A stretch of 64,000 nt of DNA from Dehalococcoidia bacterium (GCA_034428455.1 DAOUHZ010000147.1:75576-139575); one strand, 5' to 3'; shown: positions 52,910 to 62,978, counted from the stretch's first letter. Made by a program: numbers and translations. The notes: generated from the letters alone by a model not told the origin.

Positions 52910-53839
52910 TCAGATGCGTTCCACCGCTCTGAGGCGCGCGCTTCTGCTGCGCGGGTTGTTATCCGTTTCCGTTGCCGATGGGCGCACCACGCGCCGCCGA
53001 ACGAACCGCACCGAGGGTTCATGGTCACACGCGCACATGGGCAACTCCGGCGGACAGATGCATTGCGCCGCCTCCCGGTCCATCCAGGCCTTGACCAGGC
53101 GGTCCTCCAGGCTATGGTAGCTGATGACCACCAACCGGCCGCCCGACTTCAGCATTCCCGGCACGGCGTCCAGGCCAGTTTGCAGGTGCATCAGCTCCTC
53201 GTTCACTGCGATCCGCAGCGCCTGGAAAGTTCTCGTGGCCGGGTGTCGGCTTCCCCGGCGTCCACCCAGCGCGCGGGCCACCACGGTAGCCAGGCGACCC
53301 GTCGTGGTTATTGGTCTAGCCTCAACGATAGCCCGGGCAACGGCGCGGCTGCGGCGTTCTTCGCCGTAACGGTATATGACGTCGGCCAACTCGCGCTCGT
53401 CGGTGTGGTTCAGCAAGTCGGCGGCCGTGGACCCTGCCGTGTCATATCGCATGTCCAGCGGTTCGTCCCGTTGGAACGAAAAGCCGTATCCTGAGGCGTC
53501 GACTTGGCGGGAGGAAAATCCCAAGTCAAGCAGCACGCCGTCGACGCGTTCGATGCCGGCCTGTCGCGCAAGGTCACTCATGTCGGCGTAATTGCCATGG
53601 ACGATTCGCGCGCGATCCCCGTAGACGGTCAGGCGGCGCCGAGCCGCATCGACGGAACGAGGGTCGCGATCTATCCCCAAAACAACCCCGTTGGGTCCCG
53701 ATGCGTCCAGGATCGCCTCCGAATGTCCGCCCTCTCCCACCGTGCCATCAAGATAGACCCTTCCGGGGCCTACCGAGAGCCATCCCACAGCCTCCGCAAC
53801 CAGCACCGGATTATGATGAACCGACGCTTCCCCATCCAT
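52910..53839 (-). CDS. rsmH: 16S rRNA (cytosine1402-N4)-methyltransferase
   Basis: H.PVL..E....L......YLDGT.G.GGHS, LLDLGFSS.Q.D and SYHSLEDR are present. The start is taken at ATG 53839 (MDGEASVHHNPVL). The track ORF starts at 53935. Confidence 0.85.
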   Translation of the reverse strand: MDGEASVHHNPVLVAEAVGWLSVGPGRVYLDGTVGEGGHSEAILDASGPNGVVLGIDRDPRSVDAARRRLTVYGDRARIVHGNYADMSDLARQAGIERVDGVLLDLGFSSRQVDASGYGFSFQRDEPLDMRYDTAGSTAADLLNHTDERELADVIYRYGEERRSRAVARAIVEARPITTTGRLATVVARALGGRRGSRHPATRTFQALRIAVNEELMHLQTGLDAVPGMLKSGGRLVVISYHSLEDRLVKAWMDREAAQCICPPELPMCACDHEPSVRFVRRRVVRPSATETDNNPRSRSARLRAVERI

Positions 53840-54271
53840 GCATGTGGAGAAGGCCAATGTTGACCATCCACGCATGAGCGCGCCGAACGAAATCGCAGGA
53901 AGCGCCTGCCTGTGCATTACCGCCGGTGTCATCACTTACCCATTATGAATCCGCTATCGGTAGAGACGTGCATAGCCCACGCTCGGTATGCCCGCCCTAA
54001 CGTGACTGGGAATTTAACAAATGGGTTGGTGCCGGTGCCTGCTTTCTGAATTGCGAATTAATCGAATTTTTTCAAAAAGTACAAATTTTTCCGGGCACCA
54101 CGGCAGGTGAGCACCTCTGAGGATCCTCATAGTCAAGTGGTCAGTATCACGCCCGCGCGAAGCTGAGATCTCGCTCCAGTCACTCGCCAGCTATTTGCCG
54201 CCCTTCATCCCAAAATTGCTTTGTTGCGCTGTGATACGATTCGATGCTGATGCTTTTCGCCGCGACCCGCC

Positions 54272-54877
54272 ATGAATAACGCCCCGTCATTCCTGTCCCA
54301 CGTCCGGGGAGTAGAACTGCTCCCGGAGGAGCACGTGGCCGCGTTCCTCGACGCGGAACAAGGGCTGACTCCCGAACCTACACCCTCCGGCCGGCTGCTG
54401 GTGGCGACGAACCGCCGGATCATCGCGGTAACAGAGGAAGGATCCACCCGGGTGGTGCAGATGTTCGCCGCCGACACCGTGACCGCGGTCAGCGTCCGCA
54501 ACGACGCGCGGCGCGGTCTCTCCTGGAAGCAGTGGGCAACCCTGATGGCCGGCGGCGTTGTTGCTTACTTCCTGCTGGCCTATTGGCTGGTCGACCGCCT
54601 GCCCGACGTGGTCATACCGGTCGTCAATCTGCACGCCATGGCGGCCGTGCTGATGGTCCTCATCGTGGTGCTCGGCTGGATCATCTGGCGCAGCCTGACC
54701 GACTCCGGCGGCAGCATGGTCCGCATCGACGGATACAACTGGAATGTCGAGATGCCTTGCACCGCCGGCATCACTGACCTAATGGCCTTCGCCGGCATTG
54801 TCCTCCGGTCACGACCAACATCCGCTCCAGGTCCTGAACAACCAACGGTCCGCGAGGTCAGCGCGGCGGAGTCCTGA
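54272..54877 (+). CDS. hypothetical membrane protein (N-terminal soluble domain plus two TM segments)
   Basis: 201-aa ORF with hydrophobic stretches LMAGGVVAYFLLAYWLV and AMAAVLMVLIVVLGWIIW. No catalytic motif recognised. Confidence 0.5.
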   Translation: MNNAPSFLSHVRGVELLPEEHVAAFLDAEQGLTPEPTPSGRLLVATNRRIIAVTEEGSTRVVQMFAADTVTAVSVRNDARRGLSWKQWATLMAGGVVAYFLLAYWLVDRLPDVVIPVVNLHAMAAVLMVLIVVLGWIIWRSLTDSGGSMVRIDGYNWNVEMPCTAGITDLMAFAGIVLRSRPTSAPGPEQPTVREVSAAES

Positions 54878-54892
54878 AGCGAGTACCTTGAG

Positions 54893-55966
54893 CTACGCCG
54901 GCACGCCAAAGGGCAGCGACGGGTCCACGTCAAGCGCCAGGTCCGCGACCTCGCCCCGCTGCATCTGGTAGTAAGCTCCGGCCGCAATCATCGCCCCGTT
55001 GTCGGTGCACAGCACCGGCGCCGGTATGATCGCTGGCACCGGCGACTCCGCCAACACCCTCTGCCTGAGGCGAGCATTTGCCGTCACGCCTCCACCCAAC
55101 ACCAGCCCCCGGGCCTGGTACCGGTCAGCCATTGCCAGCAGCTTGGCGATCATCACATCCACCAGCGACTCCTGAAACTGGTGCGCCAGATTCGCCACCA
55201 GCCGATCAACATCGGCGTCCGCCTCCTCCGGCTGCGGATACAAACCCACATCTTGGGCCCGGTGCAGCAAGGCTGTCTTCACGCCGCTGAAACTGAAGTC
55301 GAACGTATCGCGCATCCACGCCCGCGGCAGCGGCGCCGCAGCCGCTGCGAAGGGCTCACCATCCTCGGAGAAGTCCGCCAGCGACTCCGCCGCTTTTTGG
55401 ATTTCCGGGCCTCCGGGGAACCCCAGTCCGAGGACCCGCGCCGCCTTGTCGAAAGCCTCTCCGGCCGCGTCGTCTCGGGTTCGTCCGACCAGGCGATAAT
55501 CGCCGTGCCCCTCCATAAGGATCAGGTCCGTATGGCCACCCGACGCCACCAGGCACGCCAGCGGAAATCCCGGTTCCTCCGCCGGTGATGCGTCGCCGGG
55601 AACCAGCCAGGCCGCGTAGACATGACCCTCCAGGTGGTTGACCCCCACCAACGGAACGTCCAGCGTCAGCGCCAGCGATTTCGCGGTGTTGACCCCGCTG
55701 ATCAGCGCGCCGGCCAACCCGGGCCCGTGGGTAACCGACACCACGTCAATGTCTTCCAGTGTCACACCGGCATCGGCCAGCGCCCGGCGCAGGGTCGGTT
55801 CCATGTCTCGGATGTGCTGCCGCGACGCCAGCTCGGGCACGACGCCGCCGTGGGCAGCGTGCAGCGCCGCCTGGGATGCGATGGCGTTGGCCCGCAAGCT
55901 CCGGCCATCCTCAACAATCCCAACCGCAGTTTCGTCGCAAGACGTTTCTATGCCCAGAATCAACAT
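54893..55966 (-). CDS. tsaD: tRNA N6-adenosine threonylcarbamoyltransferase
   Basis: ILGIETSCDETA, ..HLEGH.. and ..GGV.AN..LR.. are TsaD/Kae1 signatures. The start is ATG 55966. Confidence 0.9.
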   Translation of the reverse strand: MLILGIETSCDETAVGIVEDGRSLRANAIASQAALHAAHGGVVPELASRQHIRDMEPTLRRALADAGVTLEDIDVVSVTHGPGLAGALISGVNTAKSLALTLDVPLVGVNHLEGHVYAAWLVPGDASPAEEPGFPLACLVASGGHTDLILMEGHGDYRLVGRTRDDAAGEAFDKAARVLGLGFPGGPEIQKAAESLADFSEDGEPFAAAAAPLPRAWMRDTFDFSFSGVKTALLHRAQDVGLYPQPEEADADVDRLVANLAHQFQESLVDVMIAKLLAMADRYQARGLVLGGGVTANARLRQRVLAESPVPAIIPAPVLCTDNGAMIAAGAYYQMQRGEVADLALDVDPSLPFGVPA

Positions 55967-56143
55967 GGCTCGTCCGTTCCTGAATGAATGCGCCACGGCA
56001 TTATATCAACCGGCAAATCGCCGACCGCCGGCTTTGCGCAGGATTTCGGGCGATGCTATCCTTCTTGATGATAATCAAAATCAGGCGAGGCCCGTGCGCT
56101 GGACGAAAGCTACGTCGGGATCGCCAGGAGGAATAGCATCCAG

Positions 56144-57514
56144 ATGATGGACATCGCGCCCGACGGTTTATCGATCGGCTCCGTCTTGTTGCAGGTGGGG
56201 GAAACCTCTGGCGGATTATCGATGCCCTGGAGTTTGCAGCTATCGCTGCTGGCCCTGAGTTTCCTGGGAGTAATGTTTTTCACCAGCGCCGAGGCGGCAT
56301 TGGTAGCGGTCAACAAGATCCGGATCCAGTACCTGGCCGGCCAGGGCAACGCTGCCGCCCGCGCGGTAAACCACGTTCTGTCGCAACACGAAAAGTTCTT
56401 TGCCACCATTCTCCTGAGCCAGAACGCCTTCACCATCTTCGCCACGGCTCTGGGCACCGCCCTGGCTGCTGACCTGCTCCAGGACGCCGGTTCAGCGGCG
56501 TTGCTGACCACCCTGATCCTTACGGTCACGATCTCCATCTTCGGTGAGATCACGCCCAAGACTTTGGCGGCAACCTACTCGGAGCGTTGGTCCCTGGCGG
56601 CAGCCTACCCCGTTCGCTGGATGATGCTGCTGAGCACTCCGTTCATTTATCTCTTCACCGTGGTCCCGCGCCTCATCTACAAGGCCCTGGGGACCTCATC
56701 CGACGGTTGGCAAACCACGTTCACCGAAGGCGAACTGCGGATGATGATCGACCTTTCCAGTCAGCAGGGAGCGGTGGAATCCGACGAAGCCGAGCGTCTC
56801 CATCGGGTGTTCAACTTCCGCGACCGCCGGCTCAGCGAAATCATGACGCCGCGCACAGAGATCATCTGGATCGAAAAAGACACCACCCTCGACGAATTCC
56901 TGGCCCTCTATGCGGAGCACAGCCACACCCGGTTCCCCGTTTTCGAGGGTAGCCAGGAGACCGTCCTGGGCGTATTGTCCAACAAAGAAGTGCTCATCGC
57001 TCAGGGTCGCGGTGAAATCGGTCCCCAGGACGCGGTCACCGAAAACATGCGCCCAGTCGATTTCATCCCCGAGACCGTCACCGTGTCCGACGCCTTTGAC
57101 GCGATGCAGGAAAAGCGGCTTTCCATGATGCTGGTGACCAACGAATACGGCGGAATCGCGGGCCTGGTCACGATGAAGCAACTCGTCGGCGTCATCGTCG
57201 GCACCGTCGTCGACGACGACCCGCCAGCCCTGACCGCCGACAGCCACATGGCTCAGCTACCCGACGGCGCTTACCTCCTGGGCGGCGGCATGACCATCAT
57301 CGAGATCAACGACCGCCTCCATTCCGCGGGCATCGAGGTTCCCGAGGGTGACTATCAGACCATCGCTGGCCTCGTGCTGCACGAACTGGGCGAAATTCCC
57401 AGAGAAAACGACACAGTCAAGACCGGCAACCTGGAAATCACCGTCACCGGCATGGCGGGAGTGCGCGTGAACCAGGTGCGCCTGACGGTGGTTGATCTCC
57501 CGGCCGAGGACTAA
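56144..57514 (+). CDS. CNNM/HlyC-CorC family transporter (DUF21-CBS pair-CorC_HlyC)
   Basis: An N-terminal DUF21 membrane domain (FFTSAEAALV, FGEITPK), a CBS pair (..IMTPR..I.) and a C-terminal CorC domain (TIAG.VL..LG.IP) are present. The start is uncertain (56144 or 56222). Confidence 0.8.
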   Translation: MMDIAPDGLSIGSVLLQVGETSGGLSMPWSLQLSLLALSFLGVMFFTSAEAALVAVNKIRIQYLAGQGNAAARAVNHVLSQHEKFFATILLSQNAFTIFATALGTALAADLLQDAGSAALLTTLILTVTISIFGEITPKTLAATYSERWSLAAAYPVRWMMLLSTPFIYLFTVVPRLIYKALGTSSDGWQTTFTEGELRMMIDLSSQQGAVESDEAERLHRVFNFRDRRLSEIMTPRTEIIWIEKDTTLDEFLALYAEHSHTRFPVFEGSQETVLGVLSNKEVLIAQGRGEIGPQDAVTENMRPVDFIPETVTVSDAFDAMQEKRLSMMLVTNEYGGIAGLVTMKQLVGVIVGTVVDDDPPALTADSHMAQLPDGAYLLGGGMTIIEINDRLHSAGIEVPEGDYQTIAGLVLHELGEIPRENDTVKTGNLEITVTGMAGVRVNQVRLTVVDLPAED

Positions 57515-57518
57515 CCGA

Positions 57519-58145
57519 ATGAAGCTGCACCTGGTCCGCCACGGCGAGACCGACATCAACGCGTCGGGTCGCCTGCAAGGCACCACCAACTCGACCCTCA
57601 CCTCCCGGGGAAGGGCCCAGGCCCGTGAATTGGCGGTGGCCAGTCTCACGTGGAATCCGGTGGCGGTGTACTCCAGTCCGCTGCAGCGGGCTCGGGGCGT
57701 CGCCGGCGCCATCGCCGACCTGTCCGGTCTACCCGTGACGGATGAGCCCCGCATAATCGAGATGGACATGGGAGATCTGGAGGGCGTGACCGTCCAGGAG
57801 ATGCGCGACGGCTGGCCCGATCTGTACCAGGGCTGGCGACAGGACGCCAGCAGCGTCACCATGCCCGGCGGCGAATCCCTGGGCGACGTTCAACTTCGCG
57901 CCATGGCGGCCATCGAGGAACTGGATCAGCGTTACGACGCCGAAGACACGATCATCGCCGTCACCCACAACTTCACCATTCGCTGCATCGTCGCCGCCGT
58001 CATCGACCTTCCCCTCGCCAACATCAATCACATGGACCTGTCCCTGGGGAGTCGCACTACCATCACCTCCGGACGACGCGGGCGACGCCTCGCTACCTTC
58101 AACGCCGTTGACCACCTCACTCCCGACAACCGCACGGCGTATTAG
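57519..58145 (+). CDS. histidine phosphatase (phosphoglycerate mutase-like) family protein
   Basis: MKLHLVRHGETD..N contains the RHG catalytic motif. A later ..VTHN.. His region is present. Confidence 0.8.
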   Translation: MKLHLVRHGETDINASGRLQGTTNSTLTSRGRAQARELAVASLTWNPVAVYSSPLQRARGVAGAIADLSGLPVTDEPRIIEMDMGDLEGVTVQEMRDGWPDLYQGWRQDASSVTMPGGESLGDVQLRAMAAIEELDQRYDAEDTIIAVTHNFTIRCIVAAVIDLPLANINHMDLSLGSRTTITSGRRGRRLATFNAVDHLTPDNRTAY

Positions 58146-58158
58146 GCAGCCTGGCGCA

Positions 58159-59703
58159 ATGGGTCGCAACAAACGACGGAACGATCGTGGATTCTGGCCG
58201 GCGATGCGGCTGTACACCACGGCATTGACTACAGCGCGGCGGGCCGGGCTGGGGCCGGAGGACGTCGTGGTGGCCGGCGTTTCCGGCGGCCCCGATTCCT
58301 GCGCTCTGATGCGAGTGCTCAGGATAGCCGCCAGGGACACACGCTTCGGCTTCAAGGTTCAGCCGGCCCACCTGATGCACGACTTCCGAGGTCAGGAAAC
58401 CTACGACGACGCTGACTTTGTCCGGCGTATGTGGCCGGACTGTGTCATCGCAAAAGTGGACGTGGCCGCTTATCAACGCGAGAACGGAGTCAGCTCCTTC
58501 GAACAGGCAGCCCGGGACGTTCGCTACGAGTTCCTGGGCCGGGTGGCTCGCCGGGTCGGAGCGAGGCTCGTGGCTGTGGGTCACACCGGCGACGACCTGG
58601 CCGAGACCGTGCTGCTCCACGTGGCGCGCGGCAGCGGCCTGCACGGTCTGCGCGGCATGAGCGAACTCGACCCGTGGCCGTACCCGACCTCCCGAACCGG
58701 CGACCGCTCGCTCGATGCCGATTTGCAGGTTTGGCGGCCGCTCATTGAGCTCACCAGGCGCCACACCATTTCGTACTGCAGGAACTACGGCATCGACTAC
58801 CGGGACGACAGCACCAACTACATGCGCGACTTCGCGCGCAATCGTGTCCGCCTGGACATCATGCCCGCCTTGAAAGAGCAGTTGAACCCGCGGATCGCTG
58901 ACGCTTTGGGCCGGATTTCCCGCACCGCGGCGGCGCAAGTCGACTACATGGAGGAGCAGGCCAACCTCCTTTGGCCCCAAGTGGTCCCAGAGCCCGCGCC
59001 CGATTCCGGCGCCCTGCGCCTGGACCGGAATGGACTCGCGGAAACACACCCGGCCCTCCGGCACATGATACTGCGCCGCGCCTGGATTGCCGTAACCGGA
59101 CACGAACACCGTCTCACCGAGCGGCACCTGGCGGCTATGTCCGATGCCGCCTCTGACCCTGGTTCGGGCAAGGTCATCCAACTACCCCGCGGTTTCCGGT
59201 TTGTCGCAGACGCCCGATGGGCCACCCTCAGCGGTCCCGATCAGAGCGACGACTGTCCGTACCCCGAGCCTGTACGTGAGTTTCGGCTCACCCTCCCTTG
59301 GGGACCCATCGCCGTCGCCATCACCCGGCGCGACGGTTGGGAAGTGTCGGCCGAGTCCGTGCGAGTTGGTCCCGCAACCTCCCTGGACACCGGAAACGCG
59401 CTGACGGCCTACCTTTCTTCGGGGGCGCTGGCGGAAGGCGCAACCGTGCGAACCTGGCAACCCGGCGACCGTATGCAACCGCTGGGAATGACCGGCACCC
59501 GCAAGCTTCAGGACATTTTCACCGATGCCCGGATCCCCCGGCATTGGCGCGAGCGGATGCCGCTGGTGGTCACTCCTCGAGGCATAGCGTGGATCGTCGG
59601 GAGCCGTATCGCCGATTGGGCCGCCGTGCGCCCGGAAACGGACGAGGTTGCCGCCACTTTCATCCGGTTCGATCCCCAACCTAGAAGCGCCGATTCCTCC
59701 TGA
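58159..59703 (+). CDS. tilS: tRNA(Ile)-lysidine synthetase
   Basis: The PP-loop VAGVSGGPDS, ..GHTGDDLAETVLL.. and the C-terminal ..RK.LQD.F.D..IP...R domain are present. Confidence 0.85.
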   Translation: MGRNKRRNDRGFWPAMRLYTTALTTARRAGLGPEDVVVAGVSGGPDSCALMRVLRIAARDTRFGFKVQPAHLMHDFRGQETYDDADFVRRMWPDCVIAKVDVAAYQRENGVSSFEQAARDVRYEFLGRVARRVGARLVAVGHTGDDLAETVLLHVARGSGLHGLRGMSELDPWPYPTSRTGDRSLDADLQVWRPLIELTRRHTISYCRNYGIDYRDDSTNYMRDFARNRVRLDIMPALKEQLNPRIADALGRISRTAAAQVDYMEEQANLLWPQVVPEPAPDSGALRLDRNGLAETHPALRHMILRRAWIAVTGHEHRLTERHLAAMSDAASDPGSGKVIQLPRGFRFVADARWATLSGPDQSDDCPYPEPVREFRLTLPWGPIAVAITRRDGWEVSAESVRVGPATSLDTGNALTAYLSSGALAEGATVRTWQPGDRMQPLGMTGTRKLQDIFTDARIPRHWRERMPLVVTPRGIAWIVGSRIADWAAVRPETDEVAATFIRFDPQPRSADSS

Positions 59704-59941
59704 GGCGCATCGGCAAACCAGCGCCGGCCTCGATTTTGACAAGGAGACCACGGCTGACGGGGTGTGTGTCCGTGTCGCGCGGCGCATGATCCCCCTGATT
59801 TAATCCCGCATTCCGCGGTTCGACGAAATTGCTATTGTGTAAAATAGAGATGTAACTGGAACGGCCTTAGGGTACGCAAAAACCTACTGAATTCGCCTCG
59901 CACAGCCATCAGATTTTTCGGCAACTAAAGGAGGGGTTTAG

Positions 59942-61786
59942 GTGCCGGTTCGCAACCTGACCAATTTCCTGGTGCACCTCTTCAGCGACGGGGACGAGCT
60001 GGAGGAGATGTACTTGTCTGCAGTGCATGACCATTGCCTGTACTGCCACGAACCGATCAGCGATTCAAAAGCCTACCTCGATTACCGGGTCTGCCCGTTC
60101 TGCCGTTTCCACTACACACTGTCGGCCCGTGAACGGATCGAGCTGCTGGCAGATCGCCGCACTTTTCGCGAGCACAACCGCTACGTGCGCTCCGTCGCGC
60201 CGTTGGCGTTCTCAAACCGCACCTCCTACGACGATCAGCTCACGCAGAGCCAGGACCGCACCGGCCTGACCGAAGCCGCAGTCACCGGAACCTGCAAAAT
60301 CGACGGCCGGAACGTGATGCTTGTCGTCCTGGACTACGGCTTCATGGGCGGCAGCATGAGCAGCGTGGTTGGCGAAAAGGTCGCCCTGGCTTTCGAACAC
60401 GCCGCCCGTCGGGACCTTCCCGTGGTCGCGTTGGTCACCGGCGGTGGAACCCGGACCCAGGAGGGCGTCCTGTCGCTGATGCAGATGGCCAAGACCGTCA
60501 CCGCCGCAAACAAACTCCGGGAAGCGTCCCTACCGTTTATCGCCGTGCTGGCCAATCCTTCCACGGGACAGGCCTACGGCAGCTTCGCAAACCTTGCTGA
60601 CGTAATCATCGCCGAACCCGGATCGGTGGTAGGTCTTTCCCCCATCCGCACCATGATTGAAGCCACCGAACGGCAGGTCCCGCCCGACGTCCACACGGCC
60701 GAATACCACCTTCGCCGGGGCCTTCTGGACAACGTGGTCGACCGCGAGCAACTGCAACCAAGGGTCAGCCAATTGCTGGCCCTGCTGGCAGAGCCGGAAG
60801 CGATCCGCCTGGGCCGCCGCGCCGTCTCCCGCCTGCAAGCTCAGGCCGCCGAGGACACCGAGACGTGGGAATCGGTGGAGGCTGCCACGCATGACGAGCG
60901 GCCCGATGCCCTCTATTACATGCGCCACATCCTTGACGACTTCTTCGAGATTTGCGGCGACCGGGTCAGCAGCGACGACCGCACCGTGGTAGGCGGCATC
61001 GGCCTGCTGCGCGGACATCCCGTCGCCGTCATCGGACAGCAGCGGATCCACTCCCACGATACCGACCGCAGCCGGTACCACGTCCACCCGGACGGGCTGC
61101 GCAAAGCGCAACGCATTATCAGCTTGGCTGCCAGGTTTAGCCTGCCCCTGATCACCTTGATCGATTCCCAGGGCGCTGATCCCCGGCTCGAATCCGAGGA
61201 ACACGGTGTGGGCAACGCAATCGCCCGCAGCCTGTCAATGATGATCGAGGCGGAAACCCCCGTCGTTTCCGTGATCATCGGCGAGGCCGGCAACGAGGCA
61301 GCCCTGGCGTTGAGCCTTTCCGACCGCATCCTGATGCAGCAGTACGCGATCTACTCGCCGATTTCGCTGCACCACGCGGTCGGCGGACCTCGGCGCGAAC
61401 GTTACCTCACTCGCGAGTCCGCTGAAGCGCTCATGCTCACGGCCCGAGACTGCCAGGAACTTGGCATCATCGACCAGGTAGTGCCCGAACCCCCGGGGGG
61501 CGCCCACCTCGACCCGCGTCAGGCCGTGGAAGGGCTGGAATATTCCATCTACAAGCATCTGGCCGAAGCCAGCCGCGTTTCCACCGGCAAGCTCGTCAAG
61601 CAACGGTACCGGAAGTTCCGCCAGATGGGCGAACTCAACCCCTTCGCTCAGGAAGCCATCCAACAGGAGGTTGCGTCGCTCCTCAGGATGCACGCCATCG
61701 ACGCCCCGCAGCCGATGGAATTAGTCGCGCCGGCATTCGGTTCCCCGCCGGCGCTGGATGAAGGGATCGAGCGACAGGCTTCCTAG
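59942..61786 (+). CDS. acetyl-CoA carboxylase carboxyltransferase, fused beta (AccD) and alpha (AccA) subunits
   Basis: An N-terminal AccD zinc finger (C-x2-C...C-x2-C: CLYCHE..CPFCRF) and GFMGGSMG-like FMGGSMSSVVGEK are present. The second half has AccA motifs (..DDFFEICGDR...DD..VVGGIG.L.G.PV..IGQQ; LITLIDS.GA). The GTG start follows AAAGGAGGGG. Confidence 0.8.
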   Translation: MPVRNLTNFLVHLFSDGDELEEMYLSAVHDHCLYCHEPISDSKAYLDYRVCPFCRFHYTLSARERIELLADRRTFREHNRYVRSVAPLAFSNRTSYDDQLTQSQDRTGLTEAAVTGTCKIDGRNVMLVVLDYGFMGGSMSSVVGEKVALAFEHAARRDLPVVALVTGGGTRTQEGVLSLMQMAKTVTAANKLREASLPFIAVLANPSTGQAYGSFANLADVIIAEPGSVVGLSPIRTMIEATERQVPPDVHTAEYHLRRGLLDNVVDREQLQPRVSQLLALLAEPEAIRLGRRAVSRLQAQAAEDTETWESVEAATHDERPDALYYMRHILDDFFEICGDRVSSDDRTVVGGIGLLRGHPVAVIGQQRIHSHDTDRSRYHVHPDGLRKAQRIISLAARFSLPLITLIDSQGADPRLESEEHGVGNAIARSLSMMIEAETPVVSVIIGEAGNEAALALSLSDRILMQQYAIYSPISLHHAVGGPRRERYLTRESAEALMLTARDCQELGIIDQVVPEPPGGAHLDPRQAVEGLEYSIYKHLAEASRVSTGKLVKQRYRKFRQMGELNPFAQEAIQQEVASLLRMHAIDAPQPMELVAPAFGSPPALDEGIERQAS

Positions 61787-61799
61787 CCGCTATTTCAGG

Positions 61800-62621
61800 T
61801 TACGCCTCGCGGCCGTGGGCCTTGAGGCTCCGTCGCAGTTCGTCGGCCACGGAGGCGTACTCGCCGCTGACCGAATCGTCCACCAGCACCGTCGGCCGGC
61901 TGGTGTCCCGGTATGACGAGTTGAGGGACATGCTGCCCAGGAACGGCGCGTCGATGTCTTCAGCCAACTGCCGTCCGGCGCCCTCTCCAAAGATGTCACC
62001 GGCGTAGTTCTCGACGATCCCCACCACGTTCAGGTTCAGCTTGCGGATCATGTTGATGCACCGCTTGGCGTCGATGATCGCCAGGTCCTGCGGCGTGCTC
62101 ACCACCACGAACCCGTCCATGGGAAGCGTCTGCATCACTGTCAACGGGGAGTCGGACGTGCCCGGCGGCAGGTCCACGATCAGGTAATCCAACTCTCCCC
62201 AATCCGTCGCCTGGAGAAACTGGTTAATGGCGTTGTGGATCATCGGCCCCCGCCAGATGATCGCCTCGTCCTCGTTCTCCTGGAAGAACGCCATGGAGAC
62301 CACCTTGACGCCGTGCCCTTCTGCCGGGCTGATCTGCCCGTCGCGATAATCGGGCTTGTCCGTGATGCCCATCACCCGGGTCACGTTGGGACAGTCGATG
62401 TCCACATCCAGCAGCCCCACGCGCTCGCCTTGCTTGGCTAGGATGGTCGCTAGGTTGCAGGCCACCGTGGTCTTGCCCACGCCGCCCTTGCCGCTGTACA
62501 CGCCGATCTTCGTTCGAACCGAGGCCAGGCGATCCGTGATCTGGCGCTTCTGTTCCCATTGCCTTCGGATCTGTTCCAGGCGGGCGTTCTGCTGGGCGTT
62601 GGGCTGCTGTGGGGTTGCCAT
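61800..62621 (-). CDS. mrp: Mrp/NBP35 (ApbC) family iron-sulfur cluster carrier ATPase
   Basis: The deviant Walker A is SGKGGVGKTTVACNLA, with ..DLPPGTSD.. and the CxxC-less Mrp layout. Confidence 0.85.
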   Translation of the reverse strand: MATPQQPNAQQNARLEQIRRQWEQKRQITDRLASVRTKIGVYSGKGGVGKTTVACNLATILAKQGERVGLLDVDIDCPNVTRVMGITDKPDYRDGQISPAEGHGVKVVSMAFFQENEDEAIIWRGPMIHNAINQFLQATDWGELDYLIVDLPPGTSDSPLTVMQTLPMDGFVVVSTPQDLAIIDAKRCINMIRKLNLNVVGIVENYAGDIFGEGAGRQLAEDIDAPFLGSMSLNSSYRDTSRPTVLVDDSVSGEYASVADELRRSLKAHGREA

Positions 62622-62669
62622 CGTAGGGCTGTTCTCCGTATCCGGGCGATCCCGGGCGTGCCAAAGGGG

Positions 62670-62978
62670 TTAGATGCCCAGCATGTTGCGGGCTTCCTCG
62701 CTGATAAGGTCAGGAGACCACGGCGGATCGAAAGTCAGCTCAATGTTGACCTCTTCAACCCCTTCCACGTCCTGCACCGCCCACTCGGCCTGTTGGGCGA
62801 TGTGCGGGCCCATGCCACAGCCGGGGAACGTCAGCGTCATCTGCACGAACACGTCGTTGGCGTCGCTGACCTGCACGTCGTAGATCAAGCCCAGGTCCAC
62901 CACGTTCACCGGTATTTCCGGGTCGTACACCGTGCGGAGCGCCTCGTAAACTTCATCGCGATTCACGGTTGCCGGCAT
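62670..62978 (-). CDS. DUF59 (SufT/PaaD-like) Fe-S assembly domain protein
   Basis: V.EAL..VYDPEIPVNVVDLGLIYDV and TLT.PGC.M are the DUF59 hallmarks. ATG 62978 follows GGAAGGAG. The track ORF starts at 63104. Confidence 0.75.
   Translation of the reverse strand: MPATVNRDEVYEALRTVYDPEIPVNVVDLGLIYDVQVSDANDVFVQMTLTFPGCGMGPHIAQQAEWAVQDVEGVEEVNIELTFDPPWSPDLISEEARNMLGI

Noticed and set aside
58117-59181. 354-aa minus-strand ORF
   Set aside because: It is antisense to tilS, which has a clear PP-loop SGGPDS.
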